Source: Magallana gigas
Lineage: Eukaryota
DNA: 64,000 nucleotides
Direction of reading: 5' to 3'
NCBI RefSeq assembly: GCF_963853765.1
Contig: NC_088859.1
Location: 33,170,001 to 33,234,000, forward strand
Shown here: positions 18,276-31,500 of the stretch, in pieces
How the letters are laid out: the number at the start of each line of letters is the position of its first letter
How positions within the stretch are numbered: the first letter of the stretch is position 1
Position numbers and translations under genes: made by a program
Notes under the pieces: model-generated
What the model was told of the DNA's origin: nothing
Seen by the model: only the letters and a program-made list of their open reading frames with translations
Database searches by the model: none

Positions 18276-20057
18276 AAAGGACTATATATGGTTTGAGCCT
18301 AAAATGGCCCCCTTAAATGTACATTGTTATTTTACTGTAATTCTTTGTTTTATTTGTACAAATATACATTTGAAGTTTTTTCATAATTTTTATTTTGATT
18401 TTAAGTGCCCACAATTTAAAAATATGACATCATAAAGTTAACCTTTTCCCACCATTTTCTCATTTTTAGCATAAAACGGCTTGTTTTTAAGCAGTTTTTC
18501 TTTAAGGAAACATTGAGTGACTGCTTGAACAAACAAAATATTTTCACCAAAGTTGTATCTCTCCAATACTTATAAGTGACAAAAAGTTTGTTCTTGTTTA
18601 AGGTGGCTCTATACACCACTTTTTGATGACGCAGTACGCAAAAAAGTAAATCTGGAAACATGCATTTCCGGTACTGGCTGATTTAAACTGAGGTGAATTG
18701 TATGGGAACCGCTATTTTGAAAAATTTGTTAAATGGATAGATTTAATTTGATAATTGGAAAATTCATTACTTACAAGTAATGTGGTATGTGACACCTTCA
18801 CGTTGTGTGGTATTATTTATCGAAATAAACAATAAAATCAAGTATAAATTTTTAAAGAGTTTTTTTAGCATCATCGATATGTTACACCGTAGCGCAGTGG
18901 GTTAGTGGGTTCACTACAAACCAATAGGTCATGAGTTCGATTCCCGTTGAGAACAATAAATTTTTTAACTTTCCAAAAATTTCTAAAACGTATTTTTTGG
19001 TTGAATACCGTGAAAGAAAATTCTAAACAGGTGAAAATATTTCAATTATAATATACTTTAATGCACATTAATATCGACACCTAACGGGGATGAGAGGGTT
19101 GCTTTGAATTTCTCTCAGGTTGGGATACATAAATCCTATTAGCCTAGTCAATGTTCCCCTTTATTTATTTGACTTAGTTTTGCACTAAAGCGAATATATT
19201 CACTTATACAGGGCAAAGTCTATTATGAAATATGCATGTATTTATCATTCCAACATTATATTTAGGAAATTTTCTTCAACTCAGAAATGAAAAGTCCCCA
19301 AGGTGTTTGGGCCTTGGGATTTAGGAACGATAACCCTTACATGAGGAACTTTCATACCAAATAAAATTTAAAATATTTTTTGTGTTTATTTGCAATTGTT
19401 TTCATTCAATTTTTTATTTCACATTTATTAAAATACATTTTCTTATAACATCAAGCAACTTTTTCAGATGATTTGTCAACAGAGTAAGAAAATATGAAAA
19501 AATATGTTTTGGGGAACTACTAAAAAAAAATTGCAATAATAACATTTTTGAATGTTAAGAAGTGTTATTTTTTTTTTATGTGTCCGAAGGAAATATCCAT
19601 CATATGACAAAATAATTTCTCTCAATTTGTTGATAGCTGTCTTTTTAAAAAATATTTTACAAAAACACGAAAAAACATTAAAAAATTCTTTAAAAATACC
19701 TATAGTATCCCTATCGTCATTTTAATATTTGATAAGTATATGTTTTGTGGTCTTCTATTGAAAATTGGAATAAACTGTGGGTGTATAGAGCCACCTTAAA
19801 GAGTCGCTCTATATTTCCCATTCGAAAAAAGATAAGAAAAATGTCCATTTTTGACTGATTTTGATTGAATTATAAAAATAGCGTCACTTCTGGCGTCATA
19901 TACTGCCAATGAGTGCATATAAATCAAATAAATAGGTGAAAAACATATTTTATGTCAACTCTTTTATAAAATAACCCAACAAATTAATGTACATGAATCA
20001 TTTTAAAAATTGCGAATTATGGGGGCCAAATTTGACTAATATCATATATAGTTCTTT
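18276..20057 (-). mobile_element. Inverted copy of the 15813-16392 MITE, split by a nested element
   Basis: Both termini match the reverse complement of 15813-16392, and homology resumes at 19801 after the insertion. Confidence 0.75.
18602..19795. mobile_element. Nested TTAA-flanked MITE (Kolobok-like) containing tRNA-like boxes
   Basis: TTAA|GGTGGCTCTATACACC ... GGTGTATAGAGCCACC|TTAA. A-box TAGCGCAGTGG at 18890-18900 and B-box GAGTTCGATTCCC at 18933-18945. Confidence 0.85.
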
Positions 20058-20847
20058 GCCTTTTTAAATTTGTGTCTGATATAATGTAACAATTTAAATT
20101 GTCGATATGGGTGTTTCAGAATGATTGTTTTGGGGTTTTTTTTTCAGATTCGTATGTCAACATATTTTTAGCTGCAGGATGGTCTATTTTGTGTATCCGT
20201 TCACGGTTGTACAAACAGATACTTCGTTCTCTTGTAATAAAACAAACTGGAAAGATACAGTTCTCGTTCAAAAACATCATTAAAAAAAAGATATATCTAT
20301 ATATAATTACAATATTTGAATTATTTCCTCTTGCAACATGCTTTTTCTTTTTTTACAAGATTATAACTATATTAAACTTATGAATATAAAATTATTTAGA
20401 TATTCTAAAATTTTAATATTTTTCAAGCAGATTTGAATTTGAGATAGATGAAAAATGCGATATACCGCATATAATCCTTTCAACCCGAATACCCTAAGTG
20501 GATATCAAGCGGCAGTGACTTTCGAGGCTGGTTAATATATCCATTTCAAGAACACTTGAAAACAGTATGGTCAACGTTTACTTTCGAAACATTTTGCCAT
20601 TATACATGTATAAATCTTTGGATAAAATTTTTGATATTCAAAACATTTCTGAATATTGTGTCTGATTATGTTAAACAAAACTGAAACCATAAACTTGGAT
20701 AATTACATGTGCTGTATATTCTTTATAATGAAAAATTAAAAAGTTGCAATTTCTACAGAGTTATATTCCAAAATGTTATTCCATTGCAATTGCTATATTT
20801 CTCCTTCTGATTAATATTTTCACTAAAAATATATAAAAACTTGTTCT

Positions 20848-23074
20848 TTATTTGTTAAGGGCTTTAATTTCTCCCTCGTAAACATGAGCTTTTCTTCCTT
20901 TCACTCCTAGCTGAGTTACTCGAAAAACGGACCCAGACAACGGATATTTCTCGAATTCTTCTGGCGGAACTTCATGCGCCGAACAGGTGACATAGAGTTC
21001 GTCTAAATTCTTCCCTCCAAAGCAGCAAGAGGTGATTCTTGAAGCAGAAGGAATGTTAATGCTTTGCAGTTGGTGTCCTATAAAACAATTTAAAAAAAAT
21101 TCTTCATCAAAAAAGAAACAGAAATCTCAATTTTGTTTTTTACGTAATCTCTAATAATCGAACACCAGATCCGTAAAACATAGACGAACTCTCATTTGAT
21201 CCCAGTCTCACTTTTCTACGACATTTATTCCTTTGGTAATACTGATATTAAAAGTGAGGTCGTCTAACTGTTATGGGCCCTTAGGATAATCTTCTTATTA
21301 ATTTTTCTCTTGATAGTGGTTGCCAATAAAACCAAGTTGGTTTCTTAGGTTGTAATGTTAACTCAACTTGAGGGTAGAAATTAATGTCCAATAAAATTAA
21401 ATTTGAATTGTTTTCATAATTGCATGAATTTCTTAAGTTCTGTCATTCCAAGATTTGCAAATTTTTAATGAGTGGGTCAATTCAAATGTCAGATTTTGGT
21501 GTGTTGTAATGACTATTGCTGGATTTAATAACTTTTACATTAAATGCATTCATAAGGTAGACCTCACCTAGGATAGATAATAGGATAGGAATCAGAACAG
21601 CACTATTCTGATCAGCTTGTAAAGGTTTTTTTTTACCTTCTGTGACGGTGACATAAACATTTTAAAAATTTCAATTCACATTATCAAATATAACTAAATC
21701 ACAGTATACCCGTGTCTGGATCGTATCTGATGACTTTGCTGGCGGAGAAACAAGCTACCCAAAGTTTGTCTTCCGTGTCGATTGTCATACCGTCAGGAAA
21801 ACCGTAGTCATTTATTGGCTTCCCCGCATTGTCTACAATCACTTTCTTGTTGGCTATTTACAGAAATAAAAAAAATGCAACAGGTTTTACAATATCGATG
21901 GTAATTATTATTTACAATAATCGTGTCAATTTTAAGATACATACATATATTTCCTGTAGATTTCTCAAAATCATAGCGGTATATTTGACGCGGTGTTGAG
22001 TCGATATAAAACATGGACTTTTCATCTGCTGTCCACGCAAGACCATTAGACACACCAACATCTTTGACCATGGTATGTAAGCTGCCATCCAAATCCAGAC
22101 GGTATAAACTTCCAATCTTTGGCATATTTACAACGTCTGGTTCAACAGGGCCCATAGTTCCTGCATTTAATATTTAGTACCATTGCAATTACCATGCATA
22201 CAATAATCATTTTTATTTTCAATGTGAACTAAGTATACATATTTCTGACAACATAATCTTTACCTGCCCAGACCCTTCCCTGGGGATCACATTTGCCGTC
22301 ATTGAAGCGTGTCTGCAATCCATGGTCCACCTCGTGAAGTTTGGTCACTTTCTTGGAGTCCCCGTCCACGTGGACCAGACAACGTCCTACTCCAGCGATC
22401 AGTCCCCCTTTTCTGGCAGGAACTACGAAGCCTACTGTATCATCTGAAAAATGAAAATTTTAAATTCCATAAACAGAGGTCTCGTAAAACTTACCATTTG
22501 GGGGATACAATAATTTTCTCAAAGATGTCAGGATAGTTTTCAGACTTGAAAACGGTCTAACAGAAAAATGGAATAGGTAGATTCCGACCCCCTTCACACT
22601 TTTCCATCCGCTGGATTTCCTTTGATAGGACTTAAAAAGACCTCTTAACATTTCAAAGAACTTTGCTTTAGAGGTCTCACTGGTGTGGACGTACATACAT
22701 CTTGCCTCGCAATGTTACTCGGTCGCGCTGAAATTATCACATTTCACGCACTGTTCCAAGCCAGGAGAATACTAACATCAAATAAATTAGTCAATGCATT
22801 ATTTACAAACAGAAAATGCACATCGAATAAAAAAAATTGCATAAAACCCCCAAAACACGAAAGAAATACTACACGTCGGCCATGAGCTTCGGGTGTGCAA
22901 TCGGATGTAACAGAATTGAGGGGTTTATATACCAGGTACCTGTGTGATGGTGCCTAATTACGAGTGGTGCTCAGCTTTAATTGGCTTATTTTAGAAAATA
23001 CAGGGAAACATAGGTATATCGAACATGGGATATCTCGAATACCATGCTTCTGTCGAAGTCAGCCACCAGTTCCA

Positions 23075-23132
<58 letters not shown>

Positions 23133-24325
23133 CCTGGTAATCTCAAACATATATTACCTGGGTTATCTCGAAGAGAAGTCAATTTCACGGTCTGCTAATC
23201 ACACCCGTATGTCTTCCCCCCCCCCCTTTTCCCCCTTATTCCCCCGTTGCAATTTATACCTATTTTAAGAATGATGGTCGATAACCTCCACGCTTAACCA
23301 GTGCAGCTATCTTTGACACGGTAATTGCTACGCAGTTTAGGTAGGTACCCCAGTGATTGATAAGACAAACAAGTTCACAGCTCCCAAAAGTAACCACCCC
23401 TAACATTACCGATAATATGATTAATGATGCACGCTACTCATACAACAAACAAGTTCACTGCCACCCAAATACCAAATAAGCGCAGCGTAAATTATCATTA
23501 TCATATCACAAGCCGTATAACTGATATCGATGCATGATAAAAAGAACTTCTACTAAACGAATAATATACCGAAAATTAATTAAATAGCACATACTAAATT
23601 ATCAACACGCGGATTTAAATCTAATGAATTTTATTCTTGATTTGAACATTTAAATCTAATGAATTTTATTATTGATATGAAACAAATACCAAACAATGAA
23701 GAAATTGTCTCCCGCTACACAGTGTCTCAGACAAGCTCCGTACTCCCGGACTAAAGCGCAAGCTAAAGACCCACACCACAGAAACAAAGTTACAAGCCAC
23801 TGCCGATGAAAAAAGAAGCGTAGAAAGTAAAGCTATCGCCAAGAAATACGAGATCACACAAAACCCTGTCAACGTGGATAAAGAATGCCCAAAAGATCAA
23901 AGACGCCTATGAGCGAGCATCTTCGGATCCCAGAGGAAGAAAATGTGGACTAATGACGCTCTATCTTTTATTGTCTGATAAAGTACATGTACATATAGTT
24001 CAGGAGTTGGGTTCACTCTACTTGAACCATGAATATATGTTATGCGAATAGAATGAACATTGTTTTCTGACTTCTCAGCAAATTATGAAACGCGAAATGC
24101 CCGCAAATCGCTTGCATTGAGTAAAAAGATCGTAAATCATATAATGATAAAGCAGTAAAATTGCATACCTAGCTGAATAGTACTGTGCTCTTTACTCTCT
24201 GGGCAATATTTGCGAATGGCGTTTTCTTGAATGTCCACATACAAAAGGGTATTGGTAACATCATCCCAATGGGGACCTTCTCCAACTGATTTTGCCGCAT
24301 TTTTGATCACACATTCGACAGCCAT
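20848..24325 (-). CDS. RGN: Regucalcin paralog RGN-2, 308 aa
   Basis: Exons 24325-24169, 22443-22264, 22160-21945, 21853-21710 and 21077-20848; GT-AG, phase 1, in frame (927 nt). All four metal-site motifs (GEGP, RFNDG, SNG, PDG) are present. Confidence 0.92.
23001..23960 (+). mobile_element. 5' fragment of a pogo/Tigger-like transposon in RGN-2 intron 1
   Basis: TA|CAGGGAAAC terminus at 23001. With one frameshift, 23754-23950 translates to [44 protein letters not shown], resembling the CENP-B/psq-type HTH at the N-terminus of Tigger transposases. It contains a (TA)n run at ~23076-23128. Confidence 0.7.
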
Positions 24326-24510
24326 TTTTAAATCTTTCGTCCAAGATTGAAAACTAAGCTTCAAATGTATTTGCTTATCTGACGAAATATGTGTGTCAAG
24401 CTCTAATCTAACAAGATATAGCACCCCAACATTGATATGTAGTTGAACAAAGAGTGTGTTATTCACATGATCCCCGGGCACGGATTGAAAATAAACACCT
24501 TCTGCATCTG

Positions 24511-24546
24511 TTTTGCTGCATGTTTGACCACACATTCAACAGCCAT
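24511..24546 (-). pseudogene. RGN: Orphan fragment of regucalcin coding exon 1
   Basis: ATGGCTGTTGAATGTGTGGTCAAACATGCAGCAAAA (MAVECVVKHAAK) is identical to the start of RGN-4 exon 1, after which homology breaks down. Confidence 0.8.
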
Positions 24547-25454
24547 GAGGAATCTTTTGTCAAAGAGAAGCGTCTACTCTTTTCAGACCTGCCATGCAAT
24601 ACAGATACTTACAGACATAACAGTTGTACATAAATCTGCAAGGCCTGCATATATCTTTCAAATTTGATATGGTGCACATAGGCACACATCAATGGGATAG
24701 CAGAAAACCTGCCTGCCTCTACGTACCTAATAGGAACCGTAGGTAGCCAAGTGGACAGGTTTATGCATCAGAACGTAATTGTTAATGTTGATACATGCAT
24801 GTTAAGAACAATCCTAGGTGTTCTTTTCATGAATCGGGAGCTGGAGAGAAGGTAATATCATTTAAATCGTTTTAAGAAAAATATATATTTCCGTGTATTG
24901 TGTAGATGTCCCTTTTAATAAAACATTTAATAAAACATTTTTTTTACATGTTGGATAATCATTTGAAAGTATTATATATAGTACATTTATATCGATATCA
25001 CTACTGAAATAAAAAGGCGTTGGCGTCGCGTAATTATCGCAGAAATAATTTTCATGGTTTACTGCAAGTGGTATCAGGTGAATATTTGATGGATCATATG
25101 GTTTCTGCGACAGCCTATAAAGCTTAAACAAAGTGTCTGATATTTTAGGTAAACCGAAATTCATTAATGTTGAAATTTGATAAGCCCCCCCCCCCCCCCC
25201 CAATGTATATATACAGACATAAACATGACTGCACGCAAACGTGCAGTTTCTCTTTTTGCGCGTTGAAATTGCGTCTGATATACATGTAACAATTGACAAT
25301 TTGCTTTGTTTCAGGATGATTATTTGATTTTTCAGGTTCGTTGACAACATATTTTTAGCTGCAGAATGGTCTATTTTGTGTATCCGTCCACGGTTGAACA
25401 AACAGATACTTCGTTCCCTTGTTATAAAACAAACGGGAAAGACACAGTTTTCGC

Positions 25455-25615
25455 NNNNNNNNNNNNNNNNNNNNNNNNNNNNNNNNNNNNNNNNNNNNNN
25501 NNNNNNNNNNNNNNNNNNNNNNNNNNNNNNNNNNNNNNNNNNNNNNNNNNNNNNNNNNNNNNNNNNNNNNNNNNNNNNNNNNNNNNNNNNNNNNNNNNNN
25601 NNNNNNNNNNNNNNN
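25455..25615. other. Assembly gap (161 N)
   Basis: Run of N. Its flanks are homologous to 20230-20266 and 20331-20800. Confidence 1.
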
Positions 25616-26116
25616 TTGCAACATGCTTTTTTTAACACGATTATAACTATAATAAATTGATAAATATAAAATCATTTAAGTATTTTAAATTTATTATAAT
25701 TCTTTTAAGCACCTTTGAATTTGAAATAGATAAAAAATGCGTAATATCGCACATAATTCTTTTCTGTGCAACCCAAATACCCTGAGTGGATATCAAGCGG
25801 CAGTAACTCTCGAGGCTGGTTAATATAACCATGTCAAAAACACTTGAAAACAGTATGGTAACGTATACTTTCAATACATTTTATCATTATATAAAGTATT
25901 AGATCAGAATTTTGATATTCAAAACATTTCTGAACATTGTGCCTGATGATGTTAAAGAAACTGAAACCATTAACTTGGTTAATTACATGTACTGTATATT
26001 CTATATAATAATAAATTAAAAAGTTGCAATTCCTATAGAGTTATATGTCCAAAAGTTTATTGTATTGTACTTGTATTTCTCTTTCTGGTTTTTTCTACTG
26101 AAACAAAACTAAGGCT

Positions 26117-26894
26117 TTATTTGTTAAGGGCTTTAATTTCTCCCTCGTAAACATGAGCTTTTCGTCCTTTCACTCCTAGTTGAGTTACTCTAAAAACGGA
26201 CCCAGACAACGGATATTTCTCGAATTCTACTGGCGAAACTTCAAAAACTGAAGAGGTGACATAGAGTTCGTCTAAATTCTTCCCTCCAAAGCAGCAAGAG
26301 GTGATTCTTGAAACAGAAGGAAAGTTGATACACTGTAGTTGGTGTCCTATAAAAATAATAATAATAAAAATAATTTGTTCTTCATCATAACAGAAACAGA
26401 AATCTCAATTTAGTTTTCTACGTAAATTCACTTATAATCAAACAGCAGGCCCCGGAACCATGAAACATAGACGAACTCACTTTTGATCTCAGCCTCACTT
26501 TTCCACGATATGTTCCTTTAGTAAAAGTGAAATAGAAATCAAAAGTGTGGTCTTCTAACTGTTATGGCCCCATGCCAAATCTTTTTAGTTTGTAGTGGTT
26601 ACTAAGACGACCGAGTTGGTTTCTTAGGTCGAAAGGTAAACACAATTTTAGGGTAAAAATTAAGATCCAACAATAATTGCATGAATTTTATAAATTGTCA
26701 TTCCAAAATTTGCAAAATCTTGACTAAGTGGGTCTACCCAAATGTAAGATTGAAATTACTTAATTGCTTGATTTATTTTTTTTTACGTTAAATGCATGCA
26801 TAAGATAGACATCCCCTATGATTGATAATAGGATGGAATCAGAACAACACTATACGTATCCACTTGTAAACATCTTTATACCTTCTGAGATGTT

Positions 26895-26943
<49 letters not shown>

Positions 26944-29900
26944 CTTACATAATCAAATATAACTAAATCACAGTTTACCTGTTTCTGGGTCGTATCTGAT
27001 AACTTTGCTGGCGAGGAAACAAGCTACCCAAAGTTTGCCTTCCGTGTCAATTGTCATACCGTCAGGAAAACCGTAGTCATTTATTGGCTTCCCCGCATTG
27101 TCTACAATCACTTTCTTGTTAGCTATTTACAGAAATAAAAAAAATGCGACAGGTTTTACATTATCGATGATAATAATGCTAAACATGTAATCATATAAGT
27201 TTTTTGATACATACATATATTTCCTGTAGATTTATCAAAATCATAGCGGTAGATTTGGCGCGGTGTTGAGTCAATGTAAAACATAAATTTCTCATCTGCT
27301 GTCCACGCAAGACCATTAGACACACCAACATCTTTGACCATGGTATGTAAGCTGCCATCCAAATCCAGACAATATAAGCTTCCAATCTTTGGCATATTTA
27401 CAACGTCTGGTTCAATGGGGCCATAGGTTCCTACATTTAATATTTTTACCATTGCAATTACCATGCATACAATATTCATTTTTATTTACAATGTGAACTT
27501 AGTATACATATTTCTGACAACATAATTTTTACCTGCCCAGACCCTTCCCTGGGGGTCACATTTGCCGTCATTGAAGCGTGTCTGCAGTCCATGGTCCACC
27601 TCGTGAAGTTTGGTCACTTTCTTGGAGTCCCCGTCCACGTGGACCAGACAACGTCCTACTCCAGCGATCAGTCCCCCTTTTCTGGCGGGAACTACGAATC
27701 CTGCTGTATCGTCTAAAAATGGGAACTTTAAATACAGAAACAGAGGTCTCGTAATACTGAACATTTAGGGGATACAGTCATTCCCTCAAAGATGTCAGGA
27801 TAGTTTTCAGACTTGAAAATGGTCTAACTTAAAAAAACGGGGGTAGGTAGATTCCTTTTAATCCTCCTCCTACTCTTCCTCTCGCTTTTTTTCTCATGTG
27901 GTGGATTTCATTTGATAACACTTCATTTGTTATTTTTTAAAATAATGCTAACTTTCATTGTTTTATAAAAATTAATACAAGTACATATAGTTCAGGGCAA
28001 GGTTGGATTCAATCTACTTGAACCATGAATATATGTTAATATGCGAATGGAATAAACATTGCTTTATGACGTCTCGACAAATTATGAAATCATAATGCGA
28101 GTTCCTAGCAAGTCGCTTGCAATAGGTAAAACGACTGTAAATTTTATTTACGGTTTACAAAGAGAAGAGCAGTATAGATATATCCTATACATCGTATTTT
28201 TTTTTATTATATACCCTTCAATTTTACCCTTCTTGATACCGTCAATTTTACAGAGTGTGATCCGATTTTCCGGATCAATACACTGTGGTGATCCGATTCC
28301 GTATCATCACTCTCTGAAATTGATGAAGTAGTACGCATCAAACAACGTCTGTATTTTAGCGCGTTTTTAAAATGGGTCGTTTCAAAATAGCTTTGTTTTT
28401 AAGATCAATTCTATGTAAGAATCAAAGATTTATAAAAGAGTCTGGCCACGCATAGTCACCAATTTTCCTTGTACACGTATTTCATACATGAACACACCTA
28501 GGTGTAAAGCGTAAAGAACCGCTAAATGTTGGTTGCGAGGGGTAACCGTTGCCATAGCAATCGAGGCTAAAAATGGAAAAAAGATAGCAAAACTTACCTA
28601 CTTTGAAGCTATATTAGAAGGTTTTGCCCACTAATGTAAACTATCAAAGACATAAAACAGCCTTTGTCCTATTTTCAACTATTTTGTTATATCAGAAAAT
28701 TGACGGAGAAATCACTTTTAAAATGTTACAATGGAAACCGTTACAAATTTTTGAAATCAGTTTTTTTGCGGTTTTTTAATAAGCTGAAATGGGAAACTGT
28801 TAAATTTTTTACATCCATATCAATGTCCATGCTATGTATATTTTATTTTGAAAATTGACATCCGTTGCTATGGCAACAAGGCCAAAAATAGGAAAAACTG
28901 AAAAATTGAAGATGATTTTGATATGCTTTAATTACTGATTTTATAAATTTTTTGCAATTGTTTTAGTTGAAACTTGTAAAAATATGTCTAAATTTTCATT
29001 ATATACCACAAAAAGCTTTGTTATGCAACAGAGAAGTGTTGTTGCTATGGAAAATAAAGTTGCGTAAAAAATCACACAGAAATTTTTACTTTTTAAAAAG
29101 TCAAAGCAACGGCAGTTATTTTTAGAAAATTTAAGATTTTTTCAAGTGTCATTAAAGTTAAGGACATAGTTTATTTTTTCTCACCATTTGATTTTATATA
29201 TTTATTCATTATAAATGAATAATATCCATTCAAAGATGCCTAAAAATATTATAATTTTCCTTACTTTTAAGCTTGTTACCATAGCAACGGTTCTTAATTT
29301 TCATATTTAATTCTTAATAGCACAATCATAATAGTGTTTACCAAAAAATCCAAGATTTGCAGTTTTTATTCAAATTAAATGAAGAAAACAGATTTTAAAA
29401 TTTCTTTTTATACTCTGTCCCGAGTTTTTGCTTCCACCACTTTTAGCTTGATATTTTAATAATAGTAAATACCTTTGTGCTCAAACTACGTTCATCCACT
29501 AATATAAAAAATGTCCAGATTATCTGTTTTGAAACGCCCCCTCTACCGCTTCAGGTTTCAATACACATCCCGAAATTGAAAGTCTATGGAGATTTTGCAT
29601 TGCAACAGCCATTAATAAGCCCGGATGATAACGTTAAAAAAATTGCGCGATGTATTCCGAGTGTATTCCGAATGGAGAAAAGATGTAAACATTCCCCATT
29701 ATAAATCTCCGTAAGGAATCTGTTTTCGTTCCTGTGAATTTTTCTGAGTGGAAAGGGATAATTGTTCAATGAAGATATCTTGGATATATTCCCTTTTAAC
29801 GATTTCAACTGTATTTCTTTCACAGGTATGTGTAATTTTATTAAAAATCACCAAAAAGCGATGGAAGCAATAACTTGGGACAGACTATAGTAACCATGGA

Positions 29901-30545
29901 AACGCTCTAAAAATATGCGTTTCTCCATGATTATTTTTTATCTTTTGAAAAAATTCCAACTATTTTTAATTATATATTCTACCCTGAAAACCCCAAATAC
30001 TACACATTACTCACAATATGTTCTCAAATAAGCATTAAAATGCCATTTTTACATCTTTACCCTCGGTTACCATGGCAACGGGACCACATAGCAACAAACA
30101 AATGGTGTTAGGCTTTTTTACTCACCAAAGTCTATCAAATTGTCAAATATGAAGAAAATCTGTGACTATGCGTGGCCACGGAATTTTGATTCTTACATAG
30201 AATTGATCTTAAGTAATTAAACGTCATACAGTTGATTTTAAAAAAATTGTTTTGTAATTAAGAACATTTAAATAGACAATGGTTAAATTTATCAATATAA
30301 CAGTTACTTGATCTAAAGGCCGGATCACGTCTCGTTGCCAGGCGCGGATCATCAGATCAAATATATTTTTTTGTTTAAAATTGCATATCTAGCTGAATAG
30401 TACTGTTCTCTTTACTCTCTGGGCAACATTTGTGAATGGCTTTTTCATGATGGTCCACATACAGAAGGGTACTGGTCACATCATCCCAATGGGGACCTTC
30501 TCCAATTGATTTTGCCGCATTTTTGATCACACATTCGACAGCCAT
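26117..30545 (-). CDS. RGN: Regucalcin paralog RGN-3; exons intact but the intron-1 donor is mutated (possible incipient pseudogene)
   Basis: Exons 30545-30389, 27712-27533, 27430-27215, 27122-26979 and 26346-26117 are open and the same lengths as in RGN-2. After exon 1 the sequence reads CTAG|ATATGC, versus CTAG|GTATGC in RGN-2. Confidence 0.75.
26897..26942. repeat. (CA)n microsatellite in RGN-3 intron 4
   Basis: A long CA run; the paralogous RGN-2 intron has no such run. Confidence 0.95.
28403..30208. mobile_element. 1.8 kb TTAA-flanked non-autonomous element in RGN-3 intron 1, rich in X-box palindromes
   Basis: TTAA|GATCAATTCTATGTAAGAATCAAA ... TTTGATTCTTACATAGAATTGATC|TTAA, plus a subterminal inverted GGCCACGCATAGTCAC. 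Confidence 0.85.
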
Positions 30546-30679
30546 TTGAAAATCTTTAGTTCAAGGTTAAACCTAACTAAAGCTATTTGCCTAATATCTG
30601 ACGACCTCTATGTGTGTCAAGCACTAATCTTACAAGAATAGCTCGCTACGATCTGAAACGCATGTTGCAATCTTTTCAA

Positions 30680-31500
30680 TGGTATACTCTAAAATTTGGC
30701 CTGGCCTGGCATCAATGTTGGCCTGGCCTCACTTTTGGACTAAAAATTAGCCTGACCCCAAATTTTGGTCTGGCTTTAAAATTGGCCTGGCCTTAAATTT
30801 GGTTTCTACAAAACATTTTTGCCCTCATATTTATTTTTTTATATTTTATTGATTTTTTATTGATTTATTTTTAATGCACATTATAAACATCCAACTTGGT
30901 GGCTTTAGTGTCTTACAGTGATAGTCTATTAAAAATGATAGTTAAAATTGACGTTCTGTTTTAAATTCTTAATAACTTAGGAATATGATTTTGCCCTGCC
31001 ATTATATAACCTTGGCATATTTTGCAATGTATTTAGATCAAACTTCTCTCAGTATAAGACATTATCTATTCAACTCCTCTTTTACCAACGACTTGTTTGA
31101 TAAAAAATAATGGAAGACTGGCCAATATTCGTTTATTCTAACCAACATCAAAGTTCACAAAATGTTTTGCTTTGTTCAAATTCTGGTTATGACCATTCCC
31201 AAAGGAGAATAAATATTTCCTAAAAATACAAACAACACAGGCATGAAACTCTACTCTGATCAAGAGATGAGGATTAATGACCATAACTGAGTCAGGTTAT
31301 CGAAGGATGCAATGATGCAGTCCTTCACAAATGCCATTAATTACATTAGACCATGTGAAATGTTGAATGACAGTTTAAGCAATGAATCTGACCCCAATGT
31401 ATAAGATAAGCGACAAAAAAATGTTGATATCGAAATTGACCAACTTTGAGGCCAGGCCAGGCCAGGCCAGGCCAGGCCAGGCCAGGTTTACGAGTATGCC
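30680..31500. mobile_element. MITE with subterminal (GGCCT)n / (AGGCC)n repeats upstream of RGN-3 exon 1
   Basis: Left end GGTATACTCTAAAATTTGGCCTGGCCTGGC; right end (GGCCA)n GGTTTACGAGTATGCC. The flanks join up in the paralogous RGN-2 upstream region (24330-24500), which lacks the insert. Confidence 0.7.

Noticed and set aside
24326-24535. N-terminal extension of RGN-2 suggested by the 132-aa ORF (similarly 55039-55173 for RGN-6)
   Set aside because: Paralogs all start at MAVEC/MSVE and have a splice acceptor just upstream of the ATG, so the extension is 5'UTR-intron sequence.
24862-25675. Long ORFs of 258, 106, 94 and 89 aa
   Set aside because: They are artefacts of reading through the N gap.
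30380-30389. RGN-3 intron 1 as a U12 AT-AC intron
   Set aside because: The donor ATATGCAA lacks the ATATCCTT consensus and the acceptor is AG; it is a point mutation of the paralogous GT.
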